Made by a program: the position numbers and the translations under genes. A DNA stretch of 64,000 nt from Giardia intestinalis (Eukaryota): the NCBI GenBank assembly GCA_000002435.2, contig CM018791.1; one strand, given 5' to 3'. Below are positions 40,839 to 49,397 of this stretch, piece after piece. How positions within the stretch are numbered: position 1 is the first letter of the stretch; each line of letters opens with the position of its first letter. Under the pieces are notes generated by a model. It ran no database searches, was not told the DNA's origin, and was given only the letters and a program-made list of their open reading frames with translations.

Positions 40839-43800
40839 TCAGGTCTTAATCTTTTTGACTTTTTTAGATTTCTTCTTAGAGTTGGTCTTTTCTTCCAGGC
40901 TATCTTCTGATACTGGTACAACATCACTTGTTAGCACACCCAACTTGAACAATCTTCCTGTCTCTGCAAGGCTTCCTTCAATAAATAGCTCGTTGGAAAA
41001 AATATAATTGCCATCTGGGTCTGGAACGCGATAGAGCAATTGGTGTTTTTCTACACTATCTGTCGATAGCTTTTCCTGCTGGGTGATAGAAGGAGCCAAT
41101 TCAAGCCCCACCCGAGTAGCAGCCTGGCTATCGAAATGCAAACGGGCATTGCTTCCCAGACTTCGCGCAAAAATTGGCATACACAACGGTACTGGATTAT
41201 AGCCTATAGGAGGCTCTGTCAAGCTTTCTCGGAGAGAGTTAAAGAATAACAAATCATTGCATCCCGAACCACTATCAGTTGCACAGGAGACCCAGTGCCT
41301 TGGCACCATGGCCTTATTTGCCAAGACTGATGATGGAACCGGTGCAAACTCTCTGTCCTCCCCATCACAGCGAATAGTCATATGCATCACATCGTCAACC
41401 TCTAAGATAGCACTTATGTGATCAATGGAAGTGGAAAATAGCGCTTGCAGGTGAACGACAGGCGATTCGGCGACTGTGTACGCATCTAAAGCCCGAAGTG
41501 AGAGAAGCGCGTACGACCCCAGACGCTTAAGAAGATCTTTATCAATGCTCGATGTAAACAAAGCACCACTAGGATCATAGACGGTCCTCAGCAAAACGGG
41601 TGGGATAGCAGCAGATAACATCGCATCGGTGCTCAGCTTGCCGACCCCACTGCTATATAGTACCTTGGTGTCCTTAAGAGAAGAGTACAGCTTTGTGTTC
41701 TTCGCAATTATCCTATTCCCTGTGTTATATAACAACTCATATTCTTTATTACTGAGGCACCCCTGTCCCAGGGCAACATTATGGTCAACAACTACGTCTG
41801 TCACGCTGACATAGTTATATTTGAAGGAATTGCGTTTTCTCTTAGAGGAGTGGTCATCAGAAACTGCCGACTTCCAACTTCGGTGGTCCTGTCGCCCTCT
41901 TCCAGGCATAGTTTCTCTATAGATGTCCATGACAAAATTGCTATAAGATTCTGCGGAGTCTCCTGCTCCTTTTGTTGTGCAATACGTAGAGTATTCTGGA
42001 TCGTTCACCCCCTCATAGTACCACTGCCTCATGAATCCAAACGTATCGTATTCCTTCTCCATAGGTCCAAGTCCCCGACTAGATTCGATCAGGAAAGCGA
42101 GAAAGAGTCTAAAGCCGACAAGGGGGCTTGCTATAAATGTCTTGCCGTCTCTCGTATGCTGTGTAAAAATGAATGCAACAATCAGCTCTATGGCCTCTTC
42201 AGACATAAATCCCATATAAGCACGAGCGCTAGGAGGTACCAGCGTGTGACTCTGAGATACTTCTTCCCGCGCCAAGGTGAACGCGGATTTAACTAACCGT
42301 GGAGGGGCGTCATCGTCTTCTGAATCAGAAATCTCTTGGTCATCTGCTTGTATCATTTCAAGAAACTCTTCTTTAGTAATCTTTTCTTCACAGAGCCTCT
42401 TGTATAAATTTGTAACAATGCGACTTGTGACCGGATTTTCTGCAGAGTCAATGAAAAGGTGCGTCAAGGAATATGTAGGGACTAGGTGTGCATTAACCCA
42501 CCGTTTGGCAAGAAGAACCGAGAGACAATACGCAGCACTCTGTTGCGAAAGGGCTCGAGTCGCCGCCGCATGCGCAGGAAGAATGTTGTAGATAGTGTTG
42601 TAGTATTGTTCCTTAATCTTGTATGTCCGCAGAGAGCTGCTAGAATAATAACTTTGATCTTGTGGAAGTGCAATGAAAAACCGAAAGGCAACCCCTCTGT
42701 GCCCGCCCGCGGAGCTACCGGCAAGAAAATCTGGCAGCTCTTTCCCGTAGATCTGCTTGTCGATATGTCGGATGGGCATAAATATATCGAGGCAGCTCCC
42801 TCGCAAATACATTTTTGAATCAGACGGAATGTAGCTAGTATATGCCACGTTATCCACTAAATAGGACTCGATGCTTGTCTTGTATCCCACATCTGCCGCC
42901 TTAAGAACGGCAGAGGAATGAAGAGAAGGCCGCTTAGTTTGGATGTGGGTCATTAGCATGTTCATGACAAGAAGCTTAAGGCACGCAATCGCTCCGGGGT
43001 CCTTTGGCCATGCGTCGCGATTCTGGAGAATCATCGTTCCCGTTATACAGCGATTATTGAACGGAATCTGATCATGAGACGGATCTTTATCCAAATATAA
43101 GATATAGGCAGGAGAATCCACGGATGAAAGCCTTCCATATTCATCGCTCATTGCTATACTTACTATGTTGACTGGAAGGTCTGTACAGTCAAGCGATGCA
43201 GCCTGCAGTGCGGCCTGTATGTGTTCACATGCTATGGAGAGAACTTGCATTTCAGACAACAAAAGCGTAGTAGACATGTTAGGATAAGCTACATCCACGA
43301 GTCCGGAGGAGTCACGGATGTACATTTTTCTTATCAGGTGGCTAAAGTTGTGCCTAACAAAGCCTTTTAGAATATTGTGCAGCTGCTTTTCTACCGAGAC
43401 GCCCCGCTCCCACTTCGTACAGACGCACATATCTCCATCTGCAAATCGACGCTTGTCTAGCATCTTTTCTTTATCTATTGAAAAGTCGAATAAACGCGAA
43501 TACAAGTCCGCGTCATTCTTTTGCGACAGTATAGATGGCCCACGATGGATCGCAGTCCCCGTCTGAGCAAGCGTGGAGGGAGCCAGTTTCATGAGAACGA
43601 GAATATGCGGCTGGGAGACGTCATACAATGGCCCAGATAGTTCTGCGTTGGAGGTACTATTAAAGCAGCTTCTGAGCATGTCAGGTGTGATGGTATGCAG
43701 GTTATTTTTGTAGCAGCATGTGGCGTGGACGCCCCAGTGTATCACGCAGGAAACATCTGTGACTTTGTTTGCATAATGTCCTAATGCTTTGAAGATGATG

Positions 43801-45545
43801 CCTTCTATAAAGTGTGAAAGGAGGGTGGGAAGCAGTGGAGGGTCTGCAAAAATACTCTTGTTAAGACGCATGGAAAGGATCACATCGTATCCAGGGTACC
43901 CAAATATAGAGTTAGAGCCTGCACTGGTAAAATTAGTTGTCTGAAATAGTGTGGGATACAGTTGGAAAGTGCTCTTGCAAAGAGACGAATCTAAAAATAG
44001 CGATCGAGCCTCATCAATAACCCTGAGGACGTGTTTCCATGTCCCTAGGGTTACATTATGGAGATAGTTGTAAAGCAAACCGCTCTTGGTGACCATCAGC
44101 AGGAGTGGAGACCCTGCAGAAACCCACGATGCAAGTGTATATTGCTCCACTGTCGATTGCTTTTGCCGATCGTTATGAGATAGCAGCATGTAAGAAGATA
44201 TCGAAGTGACGTACTCAGAAGGTATGAGATAAGCATGCGATTCAGATATGTGCGTCAGGAGCACGCGCAAACCAGTTGCAGCATCTGTGCAATTAATGAG
44301 TATGTCGCTAGAATGGAGAACATGCGCGACCACGGCAATGGCCGAAAGTAGAGTCAGACCATGAGATGGGTATGTCCCCGAAAACCCATAAGACTCTTTG
44401 AACTTCGGTGATTCATGCGTATCCTGATCGTAGAAAATACTTTGTTGAGAGTCCAGCATTTCAATTGTCCAAGGGTTCAAGTGGACACGCGGGGCTGCCC
44501 CGTGCAAAACAAGAAGCGTGTAGAAAAGCATTGCAACTTGCTGAAGAGTTGGAGTAGTAAGAAGTGCACACGCAGCATTGACGACTTCAACATAGTCAAT
44601 AGAGAGAGTTGTCTGGCTAAGCAATGAAAAAGGCGGAGCAACAACGTCCTCCCTAGGATCTCCATAAACAAACGGCGCGGCGAAGCGCTTGCTGTGTAAA
44701 GTATTTAACCTTTGCATTGCGTTCTGGGCACAAACAATCTGAGGTACTAGCCTGAAGATCATATTCCGCGAGATGGGCATCTGAACATCTGCTAAACCAT
44801 GGAGATAATCGGATGCATCTAGGTACAGCCCTAATAGTGGCTGCATCAAGCTATTCTCCTGGTATGAGATACCCAAGTTAACCACTCTGCTGTCATAAAG
44901 GGCTGAAGAAATGTTATCACCTTTAGCGTATGTCGCCACATTTCGTGTAAGCAAATGCGAGTCCAGTAGCCTGAGAGATGGTATAAGCCGGTGGTGCAAA
45001 ATACCAGCCAGGTATGCAGCTTGCACAAGAAAGTGAGCGGTTTCTTCGAAGATCTCTTGATTAGGAGACGCTATTGGTATCGCGATATCCACATACATTG
45101 TCGTAGACCCGGGGACATTGCCGCAAATACCATTAATCCACGGTGACACTACGCTAGGTGCCGAGACGGGATCTAGGGGGACACGCAGCTCACCAATAGC
45201 AGGATCCAGAGCATCCATACTAAATCCTGCCGGCACAAGAAAGGGATACTGCCGCAGAATGAAGATATCAACGGTGGTTGTCAAATCCTTGTTTGCTGGC
45301 AAATCTGCTTTTTTAGTGGTCAATACACTACCATCGGATGATGGCGATGCTGCGTTATTCATAATGACTCTTATTAGCTCGTTGGCAACTAACTGAATGC
45401 AGCGCTGACTATTGCGACTTGAGGAAGCACTGACTTGGATGCTGTCCATCAGAATGGCTACTTCCTCCCGGAGGACGTCAGTGCGAAGTAGCTCTGCATT
45501 CTGTCTGAGCTCCAACTGTTCTGCTGCTGTGGGGGCATCGGCCAT
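40839..45545 (-). CDS. Large conserved-looking hypothetical protein, 1568 aa, ending in a lysine-rich tail (KKKSKKVKKIKT)
   Basis: ATG at 45543-45545. Mixed helical and non-repetitive composition suggests a globular multi-domain protein. I recognise no diagnostic motif. Confidence 0.65.
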   Translation of the reverse strand: MADAPTAAEQLELRQNAELLRTDVLREEVAILMDSIQVSASSSRNSQRCIQLVANELIRVIMNNAASPSSDGSVLTTKKADLPANKDLTTTVDIFILRQYPFLVPAGFSMDALDPAIGELRVPLDPVSAPSVVSPWINGICGNVPGSTTMYVDIAIPIASPNQEIFEETAHFLVQAAYLAGILHHRLIPSLRLLDSHLLTRNVATYAKGDNISSALYDSRVVNLGISYQENSLMQPLLGLYLDASDYLHGLADVQMPISRNMIFRLVPQIVCAQNAMQRLNTLHSKRFAAPFVYGDPREDVVAPPFSLLSQTTLSIDYVEVVNAACALLTTPTLQQVAMLFYTLLVLHGAAPRVHLNPWTIEMLDSQQSIFYDQDTHESPKFKESYGFSGTYPSHGLTLLSAIAVVAHVLHSSDILINCTDAATGLRVLLTHISESHAYLIPSEYVTSISSYMLLSHNDRQKQSTVEQYTLASWVSAGSPLLLMVTKSGLLYNYLHNVTLGTWKHVLRVIDEARSLFLDSSLCKSTFQLYPTLFQTTNFTSAGSNSIFGYPGYDVILSMRLNKSIFADPPLLPTLLSHFIEGIIFKALGHYANKVTDVSCVIHWGVHATCCYKNNLHTITPDMLRSCFNSTSNAELSGPLYDVSQPHILVLMKLAPSTLAQTGTAIHRGPSILSQKNDADLYSRLFDFSIDKEKMLDKRRFADGDMCVCTKWERGVSVEKQLHNILKGFVRHNFSHLIRKMYIRDSSGLVDVAYPNMSTTLLLSEMQVLSIACEHIQAALQAASLDCTDLPVNIVSIAMSDEYGRLSSVDSPAYILYLDKDPSHDQIPFNNRCITGTMILQNRDAWPKDPGAIACLKLLVMNMLMTHIQTKRPSLHSSAVLKAADVGYKTSIESYLVDNVAYTSYIPSDSKMYLRGSCLDIFMPIRHIDKQIYGKELPDFLAGSSAGGHRGVAFRFFIALPQDQSYYSSSSLRTYKIKEQYYNTIYNILPAHAAATRALSQQSAAYCLSVLLAKRWVNAHLVPTYSLTHLFIDSAENPVTSRIVTNLYKRLCEEKITKEEFLEMIQADDQEISDSEDDDAPPRLVKSAFTLAREEVSQSHTLVPPSARAYMGFMSEEAIELIVAFIFTQHTRDGKTFIASPLVGFRLFLAFLIESSRGLGPMEKEYDTFGFMRQWYYEGVNDPEYSTYCTTKGAGDSAESYSNFVMDIYRETMPGRGRQDHRSWKSAVSDDHSSKRKRNSFKYNYVSVTDVVVDHNVALGQGCLSNKEYELLYNTGNRIIAKNTKLYSSLKDTKVLYSSGVGKLSTDAMLSAAIPPVLLRTVYDPSGALFTSSIDKDLLKRLGSYALLSLRALDAYTVAESPVVHLQALFSTSIDHISAILEVDDVMHMTIRCDGEDREFAPVPSSVLANKAMVPRHWVSCATDSGSGCNDLLFFNSLRESLTEPPIGYNPVPLCMPIFARSLGSNARLHFDSQAATRVGLELAPSITQQEKLSTDSVEKHQLLYRVPDPDGNYIFSNELFIEGSLAETGRLFKLGVLTSDVVPVSEDSLEEKTNSKKKSKKVKKIKT

Positions 45546-45610
45546 TTTAATTAATTGATAAGGAAAAGAAGAGAGAATAGGAGGAGGGAAAGAAGAGAGA
45601 AAAGAAGAAG
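45546..45610. promoter_or_regulatory. 65-bp polypurine/polypyrimidine (GA-rich) divergent promoter spacer
   Basis: The sequence ttaattaattgataaggaaaagaagagagaataggaggagggaaagaagagagaaaagaagaag lies immediately 5' of the ATG at 45611 and, on the other strand, 5' of the ATG at 45545. Confidence 0.5.
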
Positions 45611-46297
45611 ATGTCTGCTTTTCTTAAGGCTGTCTTTAACTGGACCATGGAGAACACGACAGATTACGGATCCGAGCCTCCGTCCATCGACCAGGATAAG
45701 ATGCAGTGGCTACGAACCGCCTGGGAGTCCTTTGTGGTGGACGGGGCGACTCTGCTGCGACGCGCCCTAACGATGCTAGAAAAAGGATCCCAAGACGATC
45801 AGGTTCTTGTTCTCAATCATTTGACAGAACTAGTGGAAGATATTGACAATGCTAATGTTCTGAAGCATCTAGGCGGCTGGGCTATTATCTTCAATCTAGC
45901 TGAGAGCTCCCCTTCTGCTGATGTGCGAAGGGCTGCTCTCCGCTCTCTAACTGCCGTGCTGCATAACAATGAACGGGGAGTCCAAGATGGACTGGACGAA
46001 GGCCTTGTACCGGTTCTTGATCGACTGCTTACTAATGTATCCACCGCTGGTACATCTAAGCAGCTGGTTGGGCTCATCAGCACTCTTACACAAAGCCCCC
46101 GTTTCGTTCTTGAATATGTGAAAGCACACCCACAGAACCCGAGCAATCTTATTGCCCTTTGCAAACAGCTTGATCCATCTTCTCCTCGCCTTGCTCACCT
46201 TCTCAGTACTCTCGTGGAACGGATGAGACTAGAGCCACCTTCTGACTACAAAGAATGGATCTCGAGATGGCTTGCCGAGGAACTGACCGATCAGTAG
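45611..46297 (+). CDS. Fes1/HspBP1-like Hsp70 nucleotide-exchange factor, 228 aa, armadillo-type
   Basis: The N-terminal pattern MSAFLKAVFNWTMEN…DKMQWLRTAWES…ALTMLEKGS…LNHLTELVEDIDNANVLKHLGGW…DVRRAALRSLTAVLHNNERGVQ parallels the yeast Fes1 N-terminus (LLQWSIA…LIENLDNANN…LRAAALSIIGTAVQNN). Confidence 0.55.
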   Translation: MSAFLKAVFNWTMENTTDYGSEPPSIDQDKMQWLRTAWESFVVDGATLLRRALTMLEKGSQDDQVLVLNHLTELVEDIDNANVLKHLGGWAIIFNLAESSPSADVRRAALRSLTAVLHNNERGVQDGLDEGLVPVLDRLLTNVSTAGTSKQLVGLISTLTQSPRFVLEYVKAHPQNPSNLIALCKQLDPSSPRLAHLLSTLVERMRLEPPSDYKEWISRWLAEELTDQ

Positions 46298-46334
46298 CGA
46301 CTATCCTGCGATGATTTACTAGAACATCGACATA

Positions 46335-47708
46335 TCAAACATAGAATGGCAGGAAATCCGCTCCAACGTAGCTCTGGAGAGGTACCGGAACCTTTATTCC
46401 TGTTGGAGTCTGATAATTTTCAACCAAGCAGCAAAGCGTTCTTTCTGTAGCACTTAGTGTGCTGTTTAGCAAGTGAACATACTTCTTGTCCTTCCCGTCC
46501 TGGTACTTGATGTCTAAGGAGCGGCTCTGATAGTCGGTACAATTACTGCAGGAAACTAATTCCCTGTACGTATTTGAACCCGGGAAGTAGGCCTCAAGGT
46601 CATATTTCATCGCTGCCGCATTGTTCAAGGCGCCAGAGACAATGATGACAACTCTGTAAGGGATCATAAGCGAGTCAAAGAATGCGCGACAGTTATCAAT
46701 CATGTATTCCATCATATCCCAGCTGTCCTCCTCCTTACACACGACAATCTGCTCAATCTTCTCAAACTGGTGTATGCGGAAAATTCCAAGGGTGTCATGC
46801 CCGTGCCTCCCGACCTCTTTACGGAAACAAGTGGACATTCCTGCATACCTGATGCACTCGAGGGTCTTCTTTTCCTGTTTCCCTGTTTTGATAGAGTTGT
46901 ACGTTAGCTCTGCTATCTGGCCTTGTTTTGAAAAGTTGATAATCTCCCCCATGTGGTATGCGCAAAGGGGCTGTTCGGAGGTTGCGATGAGGTATTTGTC
47001 ATTCCCCTCACCCGAGACCTTATACAGCTGCTCGTCGAAGTCCTCGAGCTGGCAGCAACATGACATCGCCTCTTGCTCCATGAAAAATGGCGTTTGCATA
47101 GCCTGGTATCCCCTGTCCGTAAGAAACTTAAGGGCATACTGGATGAGGGCCTGGTTGAGAAGCGCCCCGTACCCGGTCAGGAAATATCCTCTGTTGCCAG
47201 ATATCTTGACCCCTCTCGGGCAGTCCATCATTCGGCAATTGGTCATGAGAGTTACGTGGTTGAGGGTCTTTTCGACGCCATTGGGAGAAGGGTTGGCCCT
47301 AACGACAGCATCGTTAGTGTAAACGACCTTATTATTATCCTCATTATTGTCAACTACGACTGCGTCGCAGACGATGTTGCCTATGGTGTTCAGCACCGCA
47401 TTACGCTCGGCAAGCAACTGCCCGACTTCCTTCTTGACCCTTTCTGTCTCTTGCTTATTGGCGGCAATTTTCTTGGATAGCTCGTCGGTAGGGCTCTTTG
47501 CCTTCATCGCAGCACCAAAATCCTTGTTCAGCTGGTTAAGCTCTTTGCTTAGCTGACTGGCCTCATAGTCTTTAGAGACCCAGGCCTTGTCCAACTCTAT
47601 GACCTTGTCAACGATCTCAGTCGAGGCGTAGCGCCGTCTCTGAGACTCCTTGACTTTCTCAGGATTTCCACCCTTTGAAACACGGAAGAGGTTAATGTCC
47701 AGAACCAT
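46335..47708 (-). CDS. Seryl-tRNA synthetase, 457 aa
   Basis: The N-terminal tRNA-binding arm MVLDINLFRVSKGGNPEKVKESQRRRY is followed by a class II core (…GYFLTGYGALLNQALIQYAL…FRKEVGRHGHDTLGIFRIHQFEKIEQ…ATERTLCCLVENYQT). Confidence 0.95.
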   Translation of the reverse strand: MVLDINLFRVSKGGNPEKVKESQRRRYASTEIVDKVIELDKAWVSKDYEASQLSKELNQLNKDFGAAMKAKSPTDELSKKIAANKQETERVKKEVGQLLAERNAVLNTIGNIVCDAVVVDNNEDNNKVVYTNDAVVRANPSPNGVEKTLNHVTLMTNCRMMDCPRGVKISGNRGYFLTGYGALLNQALIQYALKFLTDRGYQAMQTPFFMEQEAMSCCCQLEDFDEQLYKVSGEGNDKYLIATSEQPLCAYHMGEIINFSKQGQIAELTYNSIKTGKQEKKTLECIRYAGMSTCFRKEVGRHGHDTLGIFRIHQFEKIEQIVVCKEEDSWDMMEYMIDNCRAFFDSLMIPYRVVIIVSGALNNAAAMKYDLEAYFPGSNTYRELVSCSNCTDYQSRSLDIKYQDGKDKKYVHLLNSTLSATERTLCCLVENYQTPTGIKVPVPLQSYVGADFLPFYV

Positions 47709-47813
47709 TTATTTCAGCACCTTGCTAAACTTTACAATTGCAATGGACATCTAAATGCCATTGAAAGAATTGGACCGTGTCTGAGCAAAATAACTGAAGA
47801 CTCTGGATAGTGT
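47709..47813. promoter_or_regulatory. 105-bp divergent promoter spacer shared by seryl-tRNA synthetase (-) and L-serine dehydratase (+)
   Basis: The ATGs at 47706-47708 (-) and 47814-47816 (+) face away from each other. The spacer is A/T-rich. Confidence 0.5.
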
Positions 47814-49364
47814 ATGCCCACAGAAGACATCGAGGACTTTAAGGCGACGCCAGTGAAGCTCAAGGAGGGCAGAAGCATCATCAACGATCCTAATATTCCG
47901 TCCGGTCACAAGTATCCCACGAGTGACAAACGTATGGATACGCTTCGCATGATGTACAAGGTTGGGTTCGGCCCATCCTCCTCTCACACGATGGGGCCGC
48001 GCTTTGCTGCTGAACGCTTTTTTAACGAAACCCCTGGAGCGTCATCCTACGTCTGCACACTGTATGGGTCTCTTGCTCAGACCGGTCGCGGCCACCTCAC
48101 GGATTCTGCAATAGCAGATGTCTTAAAGGGGTGCACGTTCAATTGGATGCCCACGAAGGAACTGCCACGGCACACCAATGGAATGGTGGTAGAGGCATAC
48201 GACGCGGAGAAGAACCTTATTCTTAAACGGGTATACTACTCCGTCGGTGGCGGAGCGTTGCAGGATGGTGACCTCAAAGATCTGGACAAGGTTAAGTGCG
48301 TCGGTGCTGTGACTATTGAGACTGCCATCATCACGTCTCACATGACTGACACGGATGAGAAATCTGGAATCCCCACGGCAGAAAAAAGCTCTCCCTATCA
48401 GGACTTCCCACACTTTTCAGACATTAAGAAATGGTGTTTTGCAAATGATAAGACCCTCTATGAGTTTGTCTACCAATTCGATGAACCTACCATCAAGGAC
48501 CATTTGGCATACTGTTGGAACGCCATGAAAGAAGCTGTCGAAAGAGGCCTTAAGAAGAGCCATCCAGTCGAAGCATCTGGCCATCTGAAATATCCTAGGA
48601 AAGCGTTTGCATATCTAGCGAAGGCAGAGCAGATAGGGCGATCTCCTGCTCAAGATAGACAAATTGTTCTTAGGAAGAAGTTCCTTAACCTTGCATATAC
48701 TCTTGCTGTATCAGAAGAGAATGGCAGCGCTAGTGGAAACGTAGTCACGGCCCCTACGTGTGGAGCTTGTGGAATAGTCCCTGGCTGCATGTACTACTTT
48801 TATAGCGAGTACAAAGTTCCTGATGACGTTATCCTTGATGCGCTTGCTGTGGGCGGGATAATTGGAAACATCGCTAAGTGCAACGGGTCTATCTCTGGTG
48901 CAGAGGCAGGATGCCAGGCTGAGGTCGGCGTTGCGACAGCTATGGCTGCGGCAGCGATATGCCATATACTAGACTATATTGATGTTAGAAATGGGAAAGA
49001 CCCCATGTCTAAAAGGGACATCGTTTCGTGTGAAGAAGTAGCGGCTGTCGGTGCTCTGCAGCACGCCCTTGGACTTACGTGCGACCCCGTGCTTGGCCTG
49101 GTTGTTGAGCCATGCATCGAACGTAATGGAGCGTATGCCCTTCGTGCACACTACGCAGCCACCATGAGTATGTCTAACGCCCATGACGAGCTTCTTAGCT
49201 GGGACGAGATAGTCCACACGATGGTTGTAACGGGCCACGATCTTCCGTTCGAGCTTCGAGAAAGTGCACAGGGTGGCCTTGCCCACTTCTATTGCCTCGA
49301 TGATGTCACAGATGGAGCAACGGTTAAGAGCAGCGCTGGTCCCAGCAACCTACTTACTATGTAA
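47814..49364 (+). CDS. L-serine dehydratase (iron-sulfur, single-chain alpha/beta type), 516 aa
   Basis: Family motifs present: …VGFGPSSSHTMGP… and the C-terminal alpha-chain region …APTCGACGIVPG…GAEAGCQAEVGVATAMAAA…. Confidence 0.9.
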   Translation: MPTEDIEDFKATPVKLKEGRSIINDPNIPSGHKYPTSDKRMDTLRMMYKVGFGPSSSHTMGPRFAAERFFNETPGASSYVCTLYGSLAQTGRGHLTDSAIADVLKGCTFNWMPTKELPRHTNGMVVEAYDAEKNLILKRVYYSVGGGALQDGDLKDLDKVKCVGAVTIETAIITSHMTDTDEKSGIPTAEKSSPYQDFPHFSDIKKWCFANDKTLYEFVYQFDEPTIKDHLAYCWNAMKEAVERGLKKSHPVEASGHLKYPRKAFAYLAKAEQIGRSPAQDRQIVLRKKFLNLAYTLAVSEENGSASGNVVTAPTCGACGIVPGCMYYFYSEYKVPDDVILDALAVGGIIGNIAKCNGSISGAEAGCQAEVGVATAMAAAAICHILDYIDVRNGKDPMSKRDIVSCEEVAAVGALQHALGLTCDPVLGLVVEPCIERNGAYALRAHYAATMSMSNAHDELLSWDEIVHTMVVTGHDLPFELRESAQGGLAHFYCLDDVTDGATVKSSAGPSNLLTM

Positions 49365-49397
49365 ATTGGCCTTGCTCTGCTATTTAATTTACTGGTA

